The position numbers and the translations under genes are program-made. The notes under the pieces were generated by a model. The model did not search any database and had not been told where the DNA came from. It saw only the letters and a list, made by a program, of their open reading frames with translations. Of a DNA stretch of 64,000 bases, positions 49,889 through 59,349 are shown piece by piece. Numbering within the stretch: position 1 is the first letter of the stretch; every line of letters begins with the position of its first letter. Source of the stretch: a virus (Duplodnaviria; Heunggongvirae; Uroviricota; Caudoviricetes); the IMG/VR virus record IMGVR_UViG_3300037455_000372, positions 235,710 through 299,709 of that record; one strand, 5' to 3'.

Positions 49889-50509
49889 ATGAACGAAAAG
49901 AACGACTATATTTCGGTTGCCGAGATGCTCGAATATATGCAGGGTCACGACAAGGCTCAGCATATGTACAACGATATGACCATCCTACGGCAAACCGTGC
50001 TTGACCCGGTGCAGAGCAGCAAGATCTATATCGGACGCTACCACTGCATATTCGAACCTCTGGGAAACGAACAGTTTGCGATTACGTGCAAGCCGCTCAG
50101 GATGTTTCACCTACCGTTGACCAAGAAGACTATCGACCTTATGGCGAGCCGCTATGAGCGTCGTATCTTGCCCGGCCATACCTCGGTTGATGCCAAGACG
50201 GACTTGGATTACCTTTACTACGGTCACGCAACCGAACCGATCGGCTACTGGTATTACGACGAACGCACTGGTTCTCGCCGCGCATATCTCTATCACGCGT
50301 CTTCCGACAAAACATTCATCCTGAAGTTTGACTGTGTTCTGAAGTACCTCATCGACGACGATGGTATGGAACATTGCTCCAACGAGGCCGAAGTGTCTAG
50401 CCGGATCACCGAGCTTACCGCCGCCGAGGAACAACCCGAACCTAAGTCCACAAGCAAAGTGTTCAAGATCGTTCAGACCATCAAGGACTTAATTAAACCA
50501 AAGGATTAA
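49889..50509 (+). CDS. Hypothetical protein (probably leaderless)
   Basis: TTGCAT-N17-TATATT-N6-ATG. Confidence 0.75.
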   Translation: MNEKNDYISVAEMLEYMQGHDKAQHMYNDMTILRQTVLDPVQSSKIYIGRYHCIFEPLGNEQFAITCKPLRMFHLPLTKKTIDLMASRYERRILPGHTSVDAKTDLDYLYYGHATEPIGYWYYDERTGSRRAYLYHASSDKTFILKFDCVLKYLIDDDGMEHCSNEAEVSSRITELTAAEEQPEPKSTSKVFKIVQTIKDLIKPKD

Positions 50510-50511
50510 CT

Positions 50512-50967
50512 ATGTGCAATCCCGCTGAAGAAAAAGCTCCGTTGACCGTTACCGTCCAATACTTGAACAAGGATGTAAAACGCCTTGCAATCGAGAAGAA
50601 AGGTAACTGGATTGACCTTTATGCCGCAGAAACCGTCGTAATTCCCAAGGGTGAGTGGAAGCTCGTCCACCTTGGCGTTGCCATCAAGCTTCCTGAAGGC
50701 TACGAAGCCCATCTGGCTCCTCGTTCGAGCACGTTCAAGAACTGGCACATCATCCAGACGAACTCCGTCGGGGTTATCGATAACTCCTACTGCGGACCGA
50801 ATGACTGGTGGAAGATGCCGGTGTTCGCTATGGAAGATACCACAATCGAAGCTGGCCAGAAGATTGCCCAGTTCCGTGTTATGGAAATCCAGCCGCCGAT
50901 CAACATCGTTGAAGGTGAACTCGTCGGTGAAGACCGTGGTGGGTTCGGTTCAACCGGTAAGGTCTAA
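50512..50967 (+). CDS. dut: dUTPase
   Basis: IDL, PRSS, GVIDNSY, IAQF, RGGFGSTG. Confidence 0.95.
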   Translation: MCNPAEEKAPLTVTVQYLNKDVKRLAIEKKGNWIDLYAAETVVIPKGEWKLVHLGVAIKLPEGYEAHLAPRSSTFKNWHIIQTNSVGVIDNSYCGPNDWWKMPVFAMEDTTIEAGQKIAQFRVMEIQPPINIVEGELVGEDRGGFGSTGKV

Positions 50968-51031
50968 TTAGAACTCATACAACCAATGGGTCGTGCCGTT
51001 TGGCACGGCCTTTTCTTCATAAACTACGGCT

Positions 51032-51331
51032 ATGAGAGAACTTCTTCACGCTTTTGCTCCATATCTCGGCGTACTCGGTTCATTCCTGTTCGCCATCGTA
51101 AATATCCCAGTAATCGTAAAGATTTATTCGCGGAAGTCCACCGAAGGAACTTCGCTGCTGTTTGCTCTGATATCGTTCTGCGCGAATATCTGCTGCGGTT
51201 TGTTCGTACTTGACAACAACCTAGTCACCGGGGTATGGCAATACCCGCTGTACGGAAACTACGGATTCGCGTTTTTCTGCTGTTGTTGGATGCTGTATCT
51301 GTTCTGGAAGTTCCGACAGAAGAAACAATGA
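51032..51331 (+). CDS. PQ-loop/SemiSWEET-like 3-TM membrane protein
   Basis: IPVIVKIYSRKSTEGTS; three hydrophobic helices. Confidence 0.7.
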   Translation: MRELLHAFAPYLGVLGSFLFAIVNIPVIVKIYSRKSTEGTSLLFALISFCANICCGLFVLDNNLVTGVWQYPLYGNYGFAFFCCCWMLYLFWKFRQKKQ

Positions 51332-51371
51332 GATAATTTCCTTGGTACGAACCAAATACCAAGGATGAAAA

Positions 51372-52997
51372 ATGAGTATTCATCAATGCCCCGGTGTCAA
51401 AATCACATTTGACAACCTCCCATCCCCTCAGCCGTGTGCCGACAGGAATTACCCCAACCAAGCCATCGAACAGTTCCCTAAAGATTCAGACTTGAACCTT
51501 TATCCTAACGATCGGTTATGCGACCCGAATTTTAAACCAGCGAAACCGCTTGAAGGTCGCTTTGACCCGTGGAACGGAACAAACGATGCTGAACACAATA
51601 CTAGAATCTTCAGTATCGGTTCCAGTGAGTTTGCGAAGGAATACGGCAAGAATCTTGAAGCCTACCACAAGGTGGTCAAGGACATCGTCGAAAAGCAGCC
51701 CGAAAAGGAAACCACGTCAACACAGTTTGCTGAGGAACATAGTATGACTGACAAGCAAGTCAACGAAGTCATCAAGGCCAACGAAGAGGCCGTTGCATCC
51801 AACAAGAATGAAATTTGGGTTTCCGCCGTTCTCGCCGATGAAATCAAGTCTCGTCTTAACCATCTTTACACCACGTTCAAGTCTGTCGTGTACGACAAGT
51901 CGAGCAACTTCACCGACCGCGATAAAATCAAGGTAACGGATGACCGCTGCGAGGCACTTATCTCTGTTGACCCGAAGCAGCTTGAAGTATTCATCGCCAA
52001 TCTCAAGTATGCAGCTAAACAAGCTTCCGACTTGGTCGCTTGTGTACCCGAAAAGCCGGTCGAGAATCCGATTCATCCGAACAAGCCAGCCATTGCCGAA
52101 CCGACCACTCCGAAAGAATCCGAAATGCTCAAGTCTTCTAGCGAAGAAACCGTGATGAAGAAAGGAATCGACAAGATGGTCGAAGATGCCAAGGAAGCGT
52201 CCAAGGAATACTTGAACGATACTTACGGCAATCCGGATTCCAAGGAATATTCCGCCAAGGATCTCCCCGACATTGAACCGGACTGCGAATCCGAAATTGC
52301 AAAGGACAAGCTCGAATATATGAGCGGCAATCATATGCTGACTCCGGACGGTATCGACACGATTATTCGCGGCAATACTCCGGTCCTCCCGGCATACCAC
52401 GTCGGTTTGCGTCCGTCTGACCCCACGGTTACTCCGTATCAGTGGAGAGCTATGATGGAAAGTAACTCCCAGATCAATAAGGAGTCCATCATTCCGGGTG
52501 CAACGCCGTTCGATCCGAAAACCGTTACCAGATTTACTGACGAAAGAACGCGTTATAAGGCACCGGATATTCCGCCGCCTAACAAGCCGACTGCATGGAC
52601 TGCCGACGGCCATCCGTTTGATTGTGGCCACAACTATGGATGTCCTGAACAGGCCAAGGTTGAAAAAAACGCTCCGTTGATTCCGAATGTATACGATGTT
52701 CCGAAGGACTTGGTCGAAATGGTCGAGAAGCTTCCGAACGACATATGGAAGTATGAAGCCAATCAGAACGACGATGGTCTAGTGCTTACCTTGACCTATG
52801 ATGTCGAGCCGAGACACATTTCCATCACGGTCAACACCCACGAGGAAGAAGTCATCATCTCGACCAAAAAGGATTTCCGTGGTTCGTACAATACCACGCT
52901 GGATTGGTCGGCAGAGACCGCAGCCGATGAGTCCATTCCGAACACCCGTCGTTTGTTCGCTTGGCTCCGCCAGTGGATCAAGGATATTATGGAATAG
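51372..52997 (+). CDS. Hypothetical protein (Pro/Glu/Lys-rich)
   Basis: 541 aa ORF ended by terminator. Confidence 0.75.
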   Translation: MSIHQCPGVKITFDNLPSPQPCADRNYPNQAIEQFPKDSDLNLYPNDRLCDPNFKPAKPLEGRFDPWNGTNDAEHNTRIFSIGSSEFAKEYGKNLEAYHKVVKDIVEKQPEKETTSTQFAEEHSMTDKQVNEVIKANEEAVASNKNEIWVSAVLADEIKSRLNHLYTTFKSVVYDKSSNFTDRDKIKVTDDRCEALISVDPKQLEVFIANLKYAAKQASDLVACVPEKPVENPIHPNKPAIAEPTTPKESEMLKSSSEETVMKKGIDKMVEDAKEASKEYLNDTYGNPDSKEYSAKDLPDIEPDCESEIAKDKLEYMSGNHMLTPDGIDTIIRGNTPVLPAYHVGLRPSDPTVTPYQWRAMMESNSQINKESIIPGATPFDPKTVTRFTDERTRYKAPDIPPPNKPTAWTADGHPFDCGHNYGCPEQAKVEKNAPLIPNVYDVPKDLVEMVEKLPNDIWKYEANQNDDGLVLTLTYDVEPRHISITVNTHEEEVIISTKKDFRGSYNTTLDWSAETAADESIPNTRRLFAWLRQWIKDIME

Positions 52998-53017
52998 GTG
53001 GTTCGTCTGTTCCAACA

Positions 53018-53045
53018 AAGGCACCGAGTTCGCTCGGTGCTTTTT
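53018..53045 (+). terminator. Intrinsic terminator
   Basis: GCACCGAG-TTCG-CTCGGTGCTTTTT. Confidence 0.85.
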
Positions 53046-53091
53046 GCTTTTTCAACCGAAATTGCTATATTTGCGGAAAAAAGAGGTATTT

Positions 53092-53466
53092 ATGATTAAC
53101 GGAAACAATTACGATACGCTTGCCGCGATGAACGATTCGTTCTATGTACTTGCCGATGACAAGGGTCGCTACTTCGCTCGCGACTTCGACAAGCCCAGCA
53201 CTGAACACACTATGTTCTGCACCCACGACGTGAGAGAGGCGACTCGCTATAAGTCCGAAGAAGACGCCCAGATGGCTCGTACAAACATTCTCAGCTGGCA
53301 TACGACGAATGACGATGTGAATCATTTGGCCAAGGAAATCGTCAATGTCTGCAAGCCGATGAAGATTTTCCACTCGGAAAAGTTCACCGTGCCTAAAGGC
53401 GTGATGGTGAGGGATGCCAGTTTCGGCCAATTCGCCAATAGCATTATGGACGCAATCGGGGGTTAA
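53092..53466 (+). CDS. Hypothetical protein
   Basis: GAGGT RBS, start MINGNN. Confidence 0.7.
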   Translation: MINGNNYDTLAAMNDSFYVLADDKGRYFARDFDKPSTEHTMFCTHDVREATRYKSEEDAQMARTNILSWHTTNDDVNHLAKEIVNVCKPMKIFHSEKFTVPKGVMVRDASFGQFANSIMDAIGG

Positions 53467-53467
53467 T

Positions 53468-53647
53468 ATGGTAAAGCATAAGCATATAAAGACTGGCGTT
53501 GCCGACGTGGTAAAGTGGCTCAACCAGCACGAGCTTAAAGCCGAACAAGTCCAGATTACCTTTACTACGAACCGTTGTAGCGGCTCCTATATGATTTTCT
53601 ACGATTCCGAAAACGACAAGCATCCGGAACTTGAGGAGAAGGAATAA
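53468..53647 (+). CDS. Small hypothetical protein
   Basis: Operon packing. Confidence 0.6.
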   Translation: MVKHKHIKTGVADVVKWLNQHELKAEQVQITFTTNRCSGSYMIFYDSENDKHPELEEKE

Positions 53648-53895
53648 TGCCTCAAGAAAATCCGGTTATTGTTATCACCGAAGTATTGACGAAACTCGAA
53701 GAACACAAGTTTGATCCAGAAACTCTCCACGAGGCTGAAAACGTAGCCAAGGTGACTAAGCTCGCTACCGACATCGCGGCGAACCGTCTCACCCCGTATG
53801 ACATCAAGATAGTGGTTGAATTGTTCCTAGACCTACACCGTAAGTTCCAGACCTATTACAGAACCAGAGAATACAAGAAGGAGGCAACCGTATGA
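53647..53895 (+). CDS. Small hypothetical protein
   Basis: TAATG coupling. Confidence 0.65.
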   Translation: MPQENPVIVITEVLTKLEEHKFDPETLHEAENVAKVTKLATDIAANRLTPYDIKIVVELFLDLHRKFQTYYRTREYKKEATV

Positions 53896-53987
53896 ACGAT
53901 TTGCCTCCTAAATGGCAGCTTGTTGTATCTTTCGTATTAGGTATGGCCTTCGGCACATTCCTCTATTTCGGTGATCGAATGTTCTAG
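53892..53987 (+). CDS. 31-aa membrane peptide, absent from ORF track
   Basis: GGAGG RBS, ATGA overlap, WQLVVSFVLGMAFGTFLYF. Confidence 0.5.
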   Translation: MNDLPPKWQLVVSFVLGMAFGTFLYFGDRMF

Positions 53988-56374
53988 TCGTGACCGACGA
54001 ACAACGCGAGCGAACGGCCAATACTCGACACGATTCCTGTAACCAGAGCGTTTCCCATAAGGAACGCTCTTTTTATGTCCGAAACACCCTCGGTGTGGTT
54101 GTCCGGGAACATATTGAGTCGTTCAAGCTCGATCGGCATAAGCCTACGGTAGCGGCCTGAAGGAGTCAGTACGACGTGCTTGAATCTGGAAGGCGCGGTA
54201 CCGCCTTCTCCGGTTATGATTGTCCTAGACGGCTTCTCCGGACTGTCCGGGAATGCCATCGGGCCTTCGGTGTAGTTGTACTCGAATCCTTCCGCAGTGA
54301 CACGCTTCTCGCTTTTACCACCCTTGAGGTACTGCCAGCGGGGCAAGTCCTTGTCGTCGATGAAGAACTCGGCTGGCACATCCTTCTCGTCCACGAGAAT
54401 GTCGCCGAGCGTGATTCTGGTTCCGTCATACTGAGGAACGACATCGACGGTAGTGACCTCGCGGCCACGGAGTACGCCCGCACCGAAGAACGGAGATGTC
54501 TTCTTACCCTTGTTGAACTCGTTGGATACGGTAACCAAGTCGGTGTCAAGCGAGAACTTGTTAAACTTACCCTTTTCCGGTTTGGATGACGGGAAAGCGG
54601 CACCGATTACTCCGGCGAAAATCACGGTTTCCGGTACTTGCGAGCGAATCTTTGTCGCAAGTTTTTCGTCGTTCTTGTAGGCCACCATATAAGTGCGTCG
54701 TCTACGCTGCGGCATACCGTAGTCGGCGGCGTTTATCACACGCCATTCCACATCGTAACCGAGGTTGGCGAGAGATGCGAGGATGATCGCGAAGTCGCGT
54801 CCGCGCTGCTTTGCCGGGGATTTGAGAAGTCTATCTACATTCTCGAAGATGCAGTAGCTTGGCTTGTGCTCGCTGTCCTTGAGGATGCGGTAGATTTCCC
54901 ACCAGAGTACACCCTTCTTTCCCTCGATACCGCCGGAGCGGTTGAGTGTTGAGGCTACTGAGTAATCTTGACAGTTATGGGTAACCATATGATTGGCGAT
55001 GAACGAATGAGTATTTTCTACTTCAATGTCGTATACTTGGGCTTCGCCAGAATCGTCGAAATCTTTGACCGGGTACCAAATATAGCCATCTTCATAAAAT
55101 GCCGTAATGTGCTTATTTACAAGAGAACAACGTACTTGATAGTAATCAGATTCGTTTACGACGCGTCCTTGAATCGTATGCTTTCCATCCGCTTTATGAA
55201 TAAAGAGATTGCACGGTTTATGGTACACCTTTTCAACAAGGTGCATAATACCATAGGCCAGTTCACGACTTGTGGTCGTAAATGCGAGTCCGTTATCAAT
55301 TTTGTGTCCGTCCGTGTCGAAATAACCGTCGATGAACGGCTTTAAAATACTTACTGGTGCATCGAACATAAAACCCGGAATATACTTATTCTTTGCACCC
55401 ATTCCGAACTGTTCCAAGAATGATGTAAGTTCAACATTGGAAAATATCATTCTGAACGCCGTATTCTCGTCGCTTAATGTATAGTGATACTTCGATATGT
55501 CGATTTTATTGGTATAGAACTCTTTTTTCTTTAGATTTCCACAAATAACGACACCATCATACGGATGATTCAATTCAGTACGTTTTGGTGTTTTATGCAG
55601 CCAGCCGTTACCAATATAAAGACCAGCGATGTACCATAAAGTTGGGTCGCTTAGGTCAAGATTGTTCAAATGCCGGGTTGCCGTAGCATTGGTATGAACG
55701 TCGATACCTTTCCACGTAGGCATAATTGCGTTGGTGTTGATTGGAGTGCCGAAATAAACGGTATTTCGTTTCATCTGGAGCAACTGGTCAACCGTAAACC
55801 AATCTGGTTTAGAATATGAAACGAGTCTTGCGGAATGTGTATGCCGAACGTTCTTTATTCTCGCAAAGAATTTATGATTGCCGGTTGCCTTAATGGCGTC
55901 GAATCCATAACCAGAAATGTTATAAATTTTGTGAACACCTTGATTGAAGGTATTCGTCACGGCTTGGTAAGACCCATCGTGAGTCAAGACGGTATCTCTA
56001 GTTGAGATTTGGTCGATTCGAACTAGGCCACGCTTAGTTAATACCAGCGTGTCACCAGTAAGGCAAGGGAACCCTCCTACGACCATATCGGCTTCCGGTA
56101 TTCGTTCCACACCGACAGTGCAGACATTCTCGTTGGAATGTCCGTCCGCACCGAACCTCTTAACATAGATTTCGGAAGCGTCTTGTTTCTTGGTTGACGG
56201 TTCCCACTGGCTGCTCCACACCGTCTTGAACTGTTCGGATGCGCGTTCGAGACCGATGCGGAATCCGCCTACACCGGCGAACAGCTCGATAACCTTGATG
56301 TCCTTGTCCAGCTCCACACTGAACTGTTCTTGTTCTTTGATATAATTGTCAACAGCACTGCAATAGGAAGACAT
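53984..56374 (-). CDS. dcm: DNA (cytosine-5) methyltransferase, M.Sau3AI-like, intein-containing
   Basis: ELFAGVGG, GGFP|CQDYS, ENVDRLLKSP, QRRRR, MGNA. Confidence 0.93.
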   Translation of the reverse strand: MSSYCSAVDNYIKEQEQFSVELDKDIKVIELFAGVGGFRIGLERASEQFKTVWSSQWEPSTKKQDASEIYVKRFGADGHSNENVCTVGVERIPEADMVVGGFPCLTGDTLVLTKRGLVRIDQISTRDTVLTHDGSYQAVTNTFNQGVHKIYNISGYGFDAIKATGNHKFFARIKNVRHTHSARLVSYSKPDWFTVDQLLQMKRNTVYFGTPINTNAIMPTWKGIDVHTNATATRHLNNLDLSDPTLWYIAGLYIGNGWLHKTPKRTELNHPYDGVVICGNLKKKEFYTNKIDISKYHYTLSDENTAFRMIFSNVELTSFLEQFGMGAKNKYIPGFMFDAPVSILKPFIDGYFDTDGHKIDNGLAFTTTSRELAYGIMHLVEKVYHKPCNLFIHKADGKHTIQGRVVNESDYYQVRCSLVNKHITAFYEDGYIWYPVKDFDDSGEAQVYDIEVENTHSFIANHMVTHNCQDYSVASTLNRSGGIEGKKGVLWWEIYRILKDSEHKPSYCIFENVDRLLKSPAKQRGRDFAIILASLANLGYDVEWRVINAADYGMPQRRRRTYMVAYKNDEKLATKIRSQVPETVIFAGVIGAAFPSSKPEKGKFNKFSLDTDLVTVSNEFNKGKKTSPFFGAGVLRGREVTTVDVVPQYDGTRITLGDILVDEKDVPAEFFIDDKDLPRWQYLKGGKSEKRVTAEGFEYNYTEGPMAFPDSPEKPSRTIITGEGGTAPSRFKHVVLTPSGRYRRLMPIELERLNMFPDNHTEGVSDIKRAFLMGNALVTGIVSSIGRSLALFVGHD
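54974..56065 (-). mobile_element. Intein (364 aa) with LAGLIDADG homing endonuclease
   Basis: CLTGDT start; TGNHKF block B; YIAGLYIGNG and FIDGYFDTDG; VYDIEV..HSFIAN..THN/C end; AT-rich relative to exteins. Confidence 0.95.
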
Positions 56375-56423
56375 AGAGTTCCTTGTAAATTTGACTGAAA
56401 TATAGCAGATCTGTATTATAAAA

Positions 56424-57068
56424 TCAAATCATACGGAGGCCGAGTCGGTAAATCCGCTTGCCATTCCAGCTGACCCATGCTCCTAACAAAAATTCCGACA
56501 AGTAACCACATATACGAGGCTGCAGTGGCCTATGGTGTTTCGCCTCGGACGCCATATACATTGTCATAGCCTTGAACAGGTAGTCGCAGTATTTGTCGGC
56601 CAGATCCTTCTTGGCGATGAACATATTGCCGAGAATGTGGGTGTCTCCGTTGATATAATTGAGGCAATGGTCTGAATAAGCCTTGCCGTAGATCGCGCCG
56701 AGCACTGTGATGAAGTTCATCGTCGCGTCGGCCTTTCCGTTGTTAATCAGGTATTTCTTAACCGGAGTCCGGTACGGGTATGTGACCGTGGTACAGAGTA
56801 CGTCGTTGGTTTCGAGCAGCTTCCTCGCCATAGCTTCCGGAATGGGCTGCGCTCCGTTGTAGCAGAGGTATCGCCTGTAATGTTCCAGCCCGACTATGTC
56901 GTCCGTGCAGTGCTTCCACATATAATAGAGACCGGTCAGCTCGCACATAAAGCCGTTGAGAAAGTCGATGTTGTCCCCTTCGTGCTTCTGGTCTACCAAG
57001 AACTTGGTACGGAATCCGTCAAGGGGGAGGAAGGTGTTTTTAGATGAACCAACTACGTAAATACTCAT
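56424..57068 (-). CDS. DUF4422-type glycosyltransferase-like protein
   Basis: GDNI..LN..CELTGLYYMWKH..VGLEHYRRY, NMFI, GYLSE. Confidence 0.85.
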   Translation of the reverse strand: MSIYVVGSSKNTFLPLDGFRTKFLVDQKHEGDNIDFLNGFMCELTGLYYMWKHCTDDIVGLEHYRRYLCYNGAQPIPEAMARKLLETNDVLCTTVTYPYRTPVKKYLINNGKADATMNFITVLGAIYGKAYSDHCLNYINGDTHILGNMFIAKKDLADKYCDYLFKAMTMYMASEAKHHRPLQPRICGYLSEFLLGAWVSWNGKRIYRLGLRMI

Positions 57069-57078
57069 AAAACGCAGT

Positions 57079-57753
57079 TTATGGTTTTTTGGAACCAGAA
57101 ACTTCCATAAAGTGCATCTCAACCTTGATCGCGTCATAGACCTTGAGCTTCTGCTGGCGAACCCAGAGGCCGAAGATGTGTTCGGCGAGGTAGCCGTCAA
57201 TGCGGAGGTTACGGTCGTCTATGCCGATGTACTTGTCGAACATAGCGAGCTTGGGGAACAGCCATTCGCAGTATTTCACCATAGTCTCGCGGCGAGATAT
57301 GAACATATTGCACTGTCTGAGCGACCGTTCGCAAGTGTACGCCTTGAACTGGGTTCCTAGGGGGAAGAACTTCTCGTCAAGCATATCGATGAACTGGTCT
57401 AGGTCTTCGACCTTACCGGCTCGCTGGAAATACTTGTAGGCGCAGAAGTCCGGCTCGTGACGGTAGTTGCAGAGGATGATGTCGTGGTCTTCGAGAATCT
57501 TCTCGGCTTCCTCGATGGTCATCCTCGACTTGTTGCGCTTGGGAGACGCGAAGAATCGGCGATAGTGTTCTAGGCCGACGTACTTCGCCGTGGAATGCTT
57601 CCACATATAGTAAAGTCCGGTCAGTTCGCAGTACCAAGGGTTGAGAGCGTCAATGTTGTCGCCGGAATGAGGCACGTCGACTAGGAATTTCTCGCGGCCT
57701 TCGTCTAGTTCCGGGAAGATGTTCTTGGTGGATCCAATTACGTAAATGCTCAT
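57079..57753 (-). CDS. DUF4422-type glycosyltransferase-like protein (paralog)
   Basis: GDNIDALNPWYCELTGLYYMWKH..VGLEHYRRF, NMFI, GYLAE. Confidence 0.85.
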   Translation of the reverse strand: MSIYVIGSTKNIFPELDEGREKFLVDVPHSGDNIDALNPWYCELTGLYYMWKHSTAKYVGLEHYRRFFASPKRNKSRMTIEEAEKILEDHDIILCNYRHEPDFCAYKYFQRAGKVEDLDQFIDMLDEKFFPLGTQFKAYTCERSLRQCNMFISRRETMVKYCEWLFPKLAMFDKYIGIDDRNLRIDGYLAEHIFGLWVRQQKLKVYDAIKVEMHFMEVSGSKKP

Positions 57754-57760
57754 ATCGTTC

Positions 57761-58417
57761 CTATCGATAGTTTTGCTGAAGTTTTCCAGCAATCCAGTTT
57801 ATGTCTAACATAAGTGCGGCGAAGTCTACTTGGGTCGGGTCGCTGAACCAGAACGGTTTTAGGTGGTGCTTTAGCGACGTATGTGTGCGGTTGTCCATAT
57901 AGTATATGGTCCTGTAATACGCCAGCAGTACACGGATTAGCGGAATCGACTCGGAATCGGTGTTCAGAATGAGCACCTTGTTCGTCAAGGCTGCTTGGTT
58001 ATCTAAAACACAGCAAGAGTGCGCTCCGCAGAAAATCTGGTGGTAGTCGGTCGTTGGGATGCTCTTTGCGCCGCCGAACAAGCATTCCATATCGGCTCCG
58101 TGCATCTCGCGGCCAGTGAACAGCGACTTGCAGCTGATTATACACTGTCTATCGAATGTGTAGTAGGACAAGTCGTGCTTGCCGTCTTGACTGTGGTAGT
58201 CAACCTTGCGGAAATGTTCGGATGACCAGTTCATACCCATTGTGGTCAGCATAAGGGGTGCCGCTTGGGTGCAAGCGTACTCGGTCGTCCAATGGTGTTC
58301 GTTCTGCGGATAGTCGAGATACAGCGGTACGCTTTCGAAAACGTGGAAGTGGCTGCCGTCCGTTGGGCGCACCAGTTCTGGCTTGTTGAATACGTTTACG
58401 ACGAAATTATAAATCAT
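57761..58417 (-). CDS. Hypothetical protein, possibly polysaccharide-modifying
   Basis: KVLILNTDS weakly recalls SGNH/AlgX-like tails; adjacent to glycosyltransferases. Confidence 0.5.
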   Translation of the reverse strand: MIYNFVVNVFNKPELVRPTDGSHFHVFESVPLYLDYPQNEHHWTTEYACTQAAPLMLTTMGMNWSSEHFRKVDYHSQDGKHDLSYYTFDRQCIISCKSLFTGREMHGADMECLFGGAKSIPTTDYHQIFCGAHSCCVLDNQAALTNKVLILNTDSESIPLIRVLLAYYRTIYYMDNRTHTSLKHHLKPFWFSDPTQVDFAALMLDINWIAGKLQQNYR

Positions 58418-58527
58418 ACGACGAAAATTAGTTTTTTGCCGACGAAATGTTGCACATTTAAACACAAATTGCTATAATTTATATCGTAGGAAGGCAATGT
58501 TGCCAACCTTTGATCAAAGGATAAACA

Positions 58528-59190
58528 ATGGGTATCTGGAACCTCATTAAGAAACTGTTCCGTATCGGCCAGATCAAGGTCGAGAACGGACTCCAAAAGC
58601 TCGTGGATGCTGAAGCACAGCTTCAGATCATCGAACACGACACCATCGACGCCTTGGAAAAGCAGCGCGAAAACGCAAAGAAGCTCGAAGCTTCTAAGCT
58701 TGAATTCGACGCCAACTTCGAAAAGGCTCAGAAGGACCTCACCCGTTTGAAGACCAGCTGCGAAGTGCTGAAGAACAAGCTCATCAAGGAAGGAAAGGAC
58801 TACAAGGAAGACGACGATATGAAGCTCGCCGCCGCCACCTACCTTGAACAGCAGAAGCTCGTCGCTGAATTTGGTCGCCAGAAGGATGAAATGGACCTGA
58901 TGATTAAGCGTGTCGAAAAGATGCTCAAGCATCTCAAGCTTAACAAGAACCTCGTCCATATGAAGGCCGATATGCTCCGCCAGAAGATTCAGCTCTACAA
59001 GAGCAAGTCTGTCATCGACGAAACCGGTATGGTCGACATCAACACCACGTTTGGTGAAGTTGACGAACTCGTACAGAAGATGCAGTTCGAACAGCAAGCT
59101 GCCCAGCGCGTTGACGACATCGTCAATGGTCGCGAAACGGCTCAGCTGGCCAATGAAGCTGACGTTGACAACTTCCTCAACGATCTTTAG
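58528..59190 (+). CDS. PspA/IM30-like coiled-coil protein
   Basis: Amphipathic MGIWNLIKKLF N-terminus, ~220 aa all-helical, C-terminal VDNFLNDL. Confidence 0.7.
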   Translation: MGIWNLIKKLFRIGQIKVENGLQKLVDAEAQLQIIEHDTIDALEKQRENAKKLEASKLEFDANFEKAQKDLTRLKTSCEVLKNKLIKEGKDYKEDDDMKLAAATYLEQQKLVAEFGRQKDEMDLMIKRVEKMLKHLKLNKNLVHMKADMLRQKIQLYKSKSVIDETGMVDINTTFGEVDELVQKMQFEQQAAQRVDDIVNGRETAQLANEADVDNFLNDL

Positions 59191-59215
59191 TACCTTAGAA
59201 GTTGGAGTGCTAGGG

Positions 59216-59243
59216 GACGCAGCCGCAAGGCTGCGTTCTTTTT
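59216..59243 (+). terminator. Intrinsic terminator
   Basis: ACGCAGCC-GCAA-GGCTGCGT followed by T-tract. Confidence 0.8.
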
Positions 59244-59287
59244 TATACAGTTTTTATAAATTATTTTTAAAAATTTAAATTTTCCTA

Positions 59288-59316
59288 TTGACAACTCGCT
59301 TGCATAATGCTATAAT
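59288..59316 (+). promoter_or_regulatory. Consensus sigma70 promoter for ATPase-terD operon
   Basis: TTGACA-N17-TATAAT. Confidence 0.85.
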
Positions 59317-59349
59317 TCATCTCGGTGGCCGGTTGGCCGTCAAAACTAT

